Of a stretch of 64,000 nt of DNA, positions 63,434 to 64,000 are shown in pieces; positions within the stretch are counted from its first letter, which is position 1; each line of letters begins with the position of its first letter. The DNA is from Dipteris shenzhenensis. Lineage: Eukaryota. The DNA lies in NCBI GenBank assembly GCA_047967505.1, contig CM106538.1. One strand, 5' to 3'. Position numbers and translations under genes: made by a program. Below the pieces are notes generated by a model that was not told where the DNA came from, did not search any database, and saw nothing but the letters and a program-made list of their open reading frames with translations.

Positions 63434-64000
63434 GTCCACAAAGCAAGTGTAGACCTTCTGGCGTCTTGACTTCGCCTCCTCGATGATGGCTCTCAGGGTA
63501 AAAATATGATCCAGTGTGAAGTGCTGTCACGGAAGCCTACCTGCCCAAGAGCCTGCTATCCATGATCCATTGTATAACTACTGATCGCCCTCTCCAATAT
63601 CGATCCATAAATCTTAGCCAAAGTGTGACCAATCATGAGAGTGCAGTAGTTCCCAGTATCCATAGGGTCCCCTACCTTATGTATCGGTACAATGGTGTTA
63701 GTGCTCCAAGTAGATGGGAACCCGTGACATACTGCATGGTTGAACAGTTGCGCGGAACCGGGACCAAGACCTCCTGTCCATGTGCGAAGTACTCTGTACG
63801 TAGCCCCTCATGGTCTGGTGCTCTCCGGTTATGCAGACGAAGGAGGGCATTCCTCACGTTCTGCATAGTGAACAAGTGACAAGTAGTGGTCCGTGATGGG
63901 AATGGGCCGTTTCCCCTTTGATAGGACTCCCCAACCAATAGTCGAGTCTCCCTCTCGAAAAGATCAGACCACCTCATCAACCCTGCGAGTGAGAAAAGTC
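63434..64000 (-). mobile_element. Inverted RTEX-like LINE RT N-terminal segment
   Basis: FTMQNVRNALLRLHNRRAPDHEGLRTEYF..PMDTGNYCTLMIGHTLAKIYGSIL..IIEEAKSRRQKVYTCFVD, homologous to 32860-33100. Confidence 0.8.

Overview
Eukaryotic land-plant genomic DNA; the giant TE-filled introns and the TE spectrum suggest a fern or another large-genome plant (inference only). Two host genes are recognisable and they converge. One is an E2F-associated phosphoprotein (EAPP-like) gene on +, whose last two coding exons (8607-8769, 36865-37129) are separated by a 28,095-bp intron of nested transposons. The other is the last exon of an RLCK-XV/At3g15890-like protein kinase on - (49850-50444), whose upstream exons are not found in the window. 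The rest is mostly degenerate mobile DNA: Ty3/Gypsy (one chromovirus), Ty1/Copia, a tandem 3-LTR gag-only element, a non-coding LTR element, L1-type and RTEX-like LINEs, a hAT fragment, a Sola2-like transposase remnant and a foldback element. The most novel signal is a set of six non-LTR 3' ends from two sequence-divergent LINE families. They share a two-stem RNA hairpin with compensatory base changes just before AATAAA, and all abut CT-rich tracts on their sense strand, suggesting a (CT)n/(AG)n-targeting LINE system with a structured RT-recognition signal. All alignments were done by eye; no searches were run.
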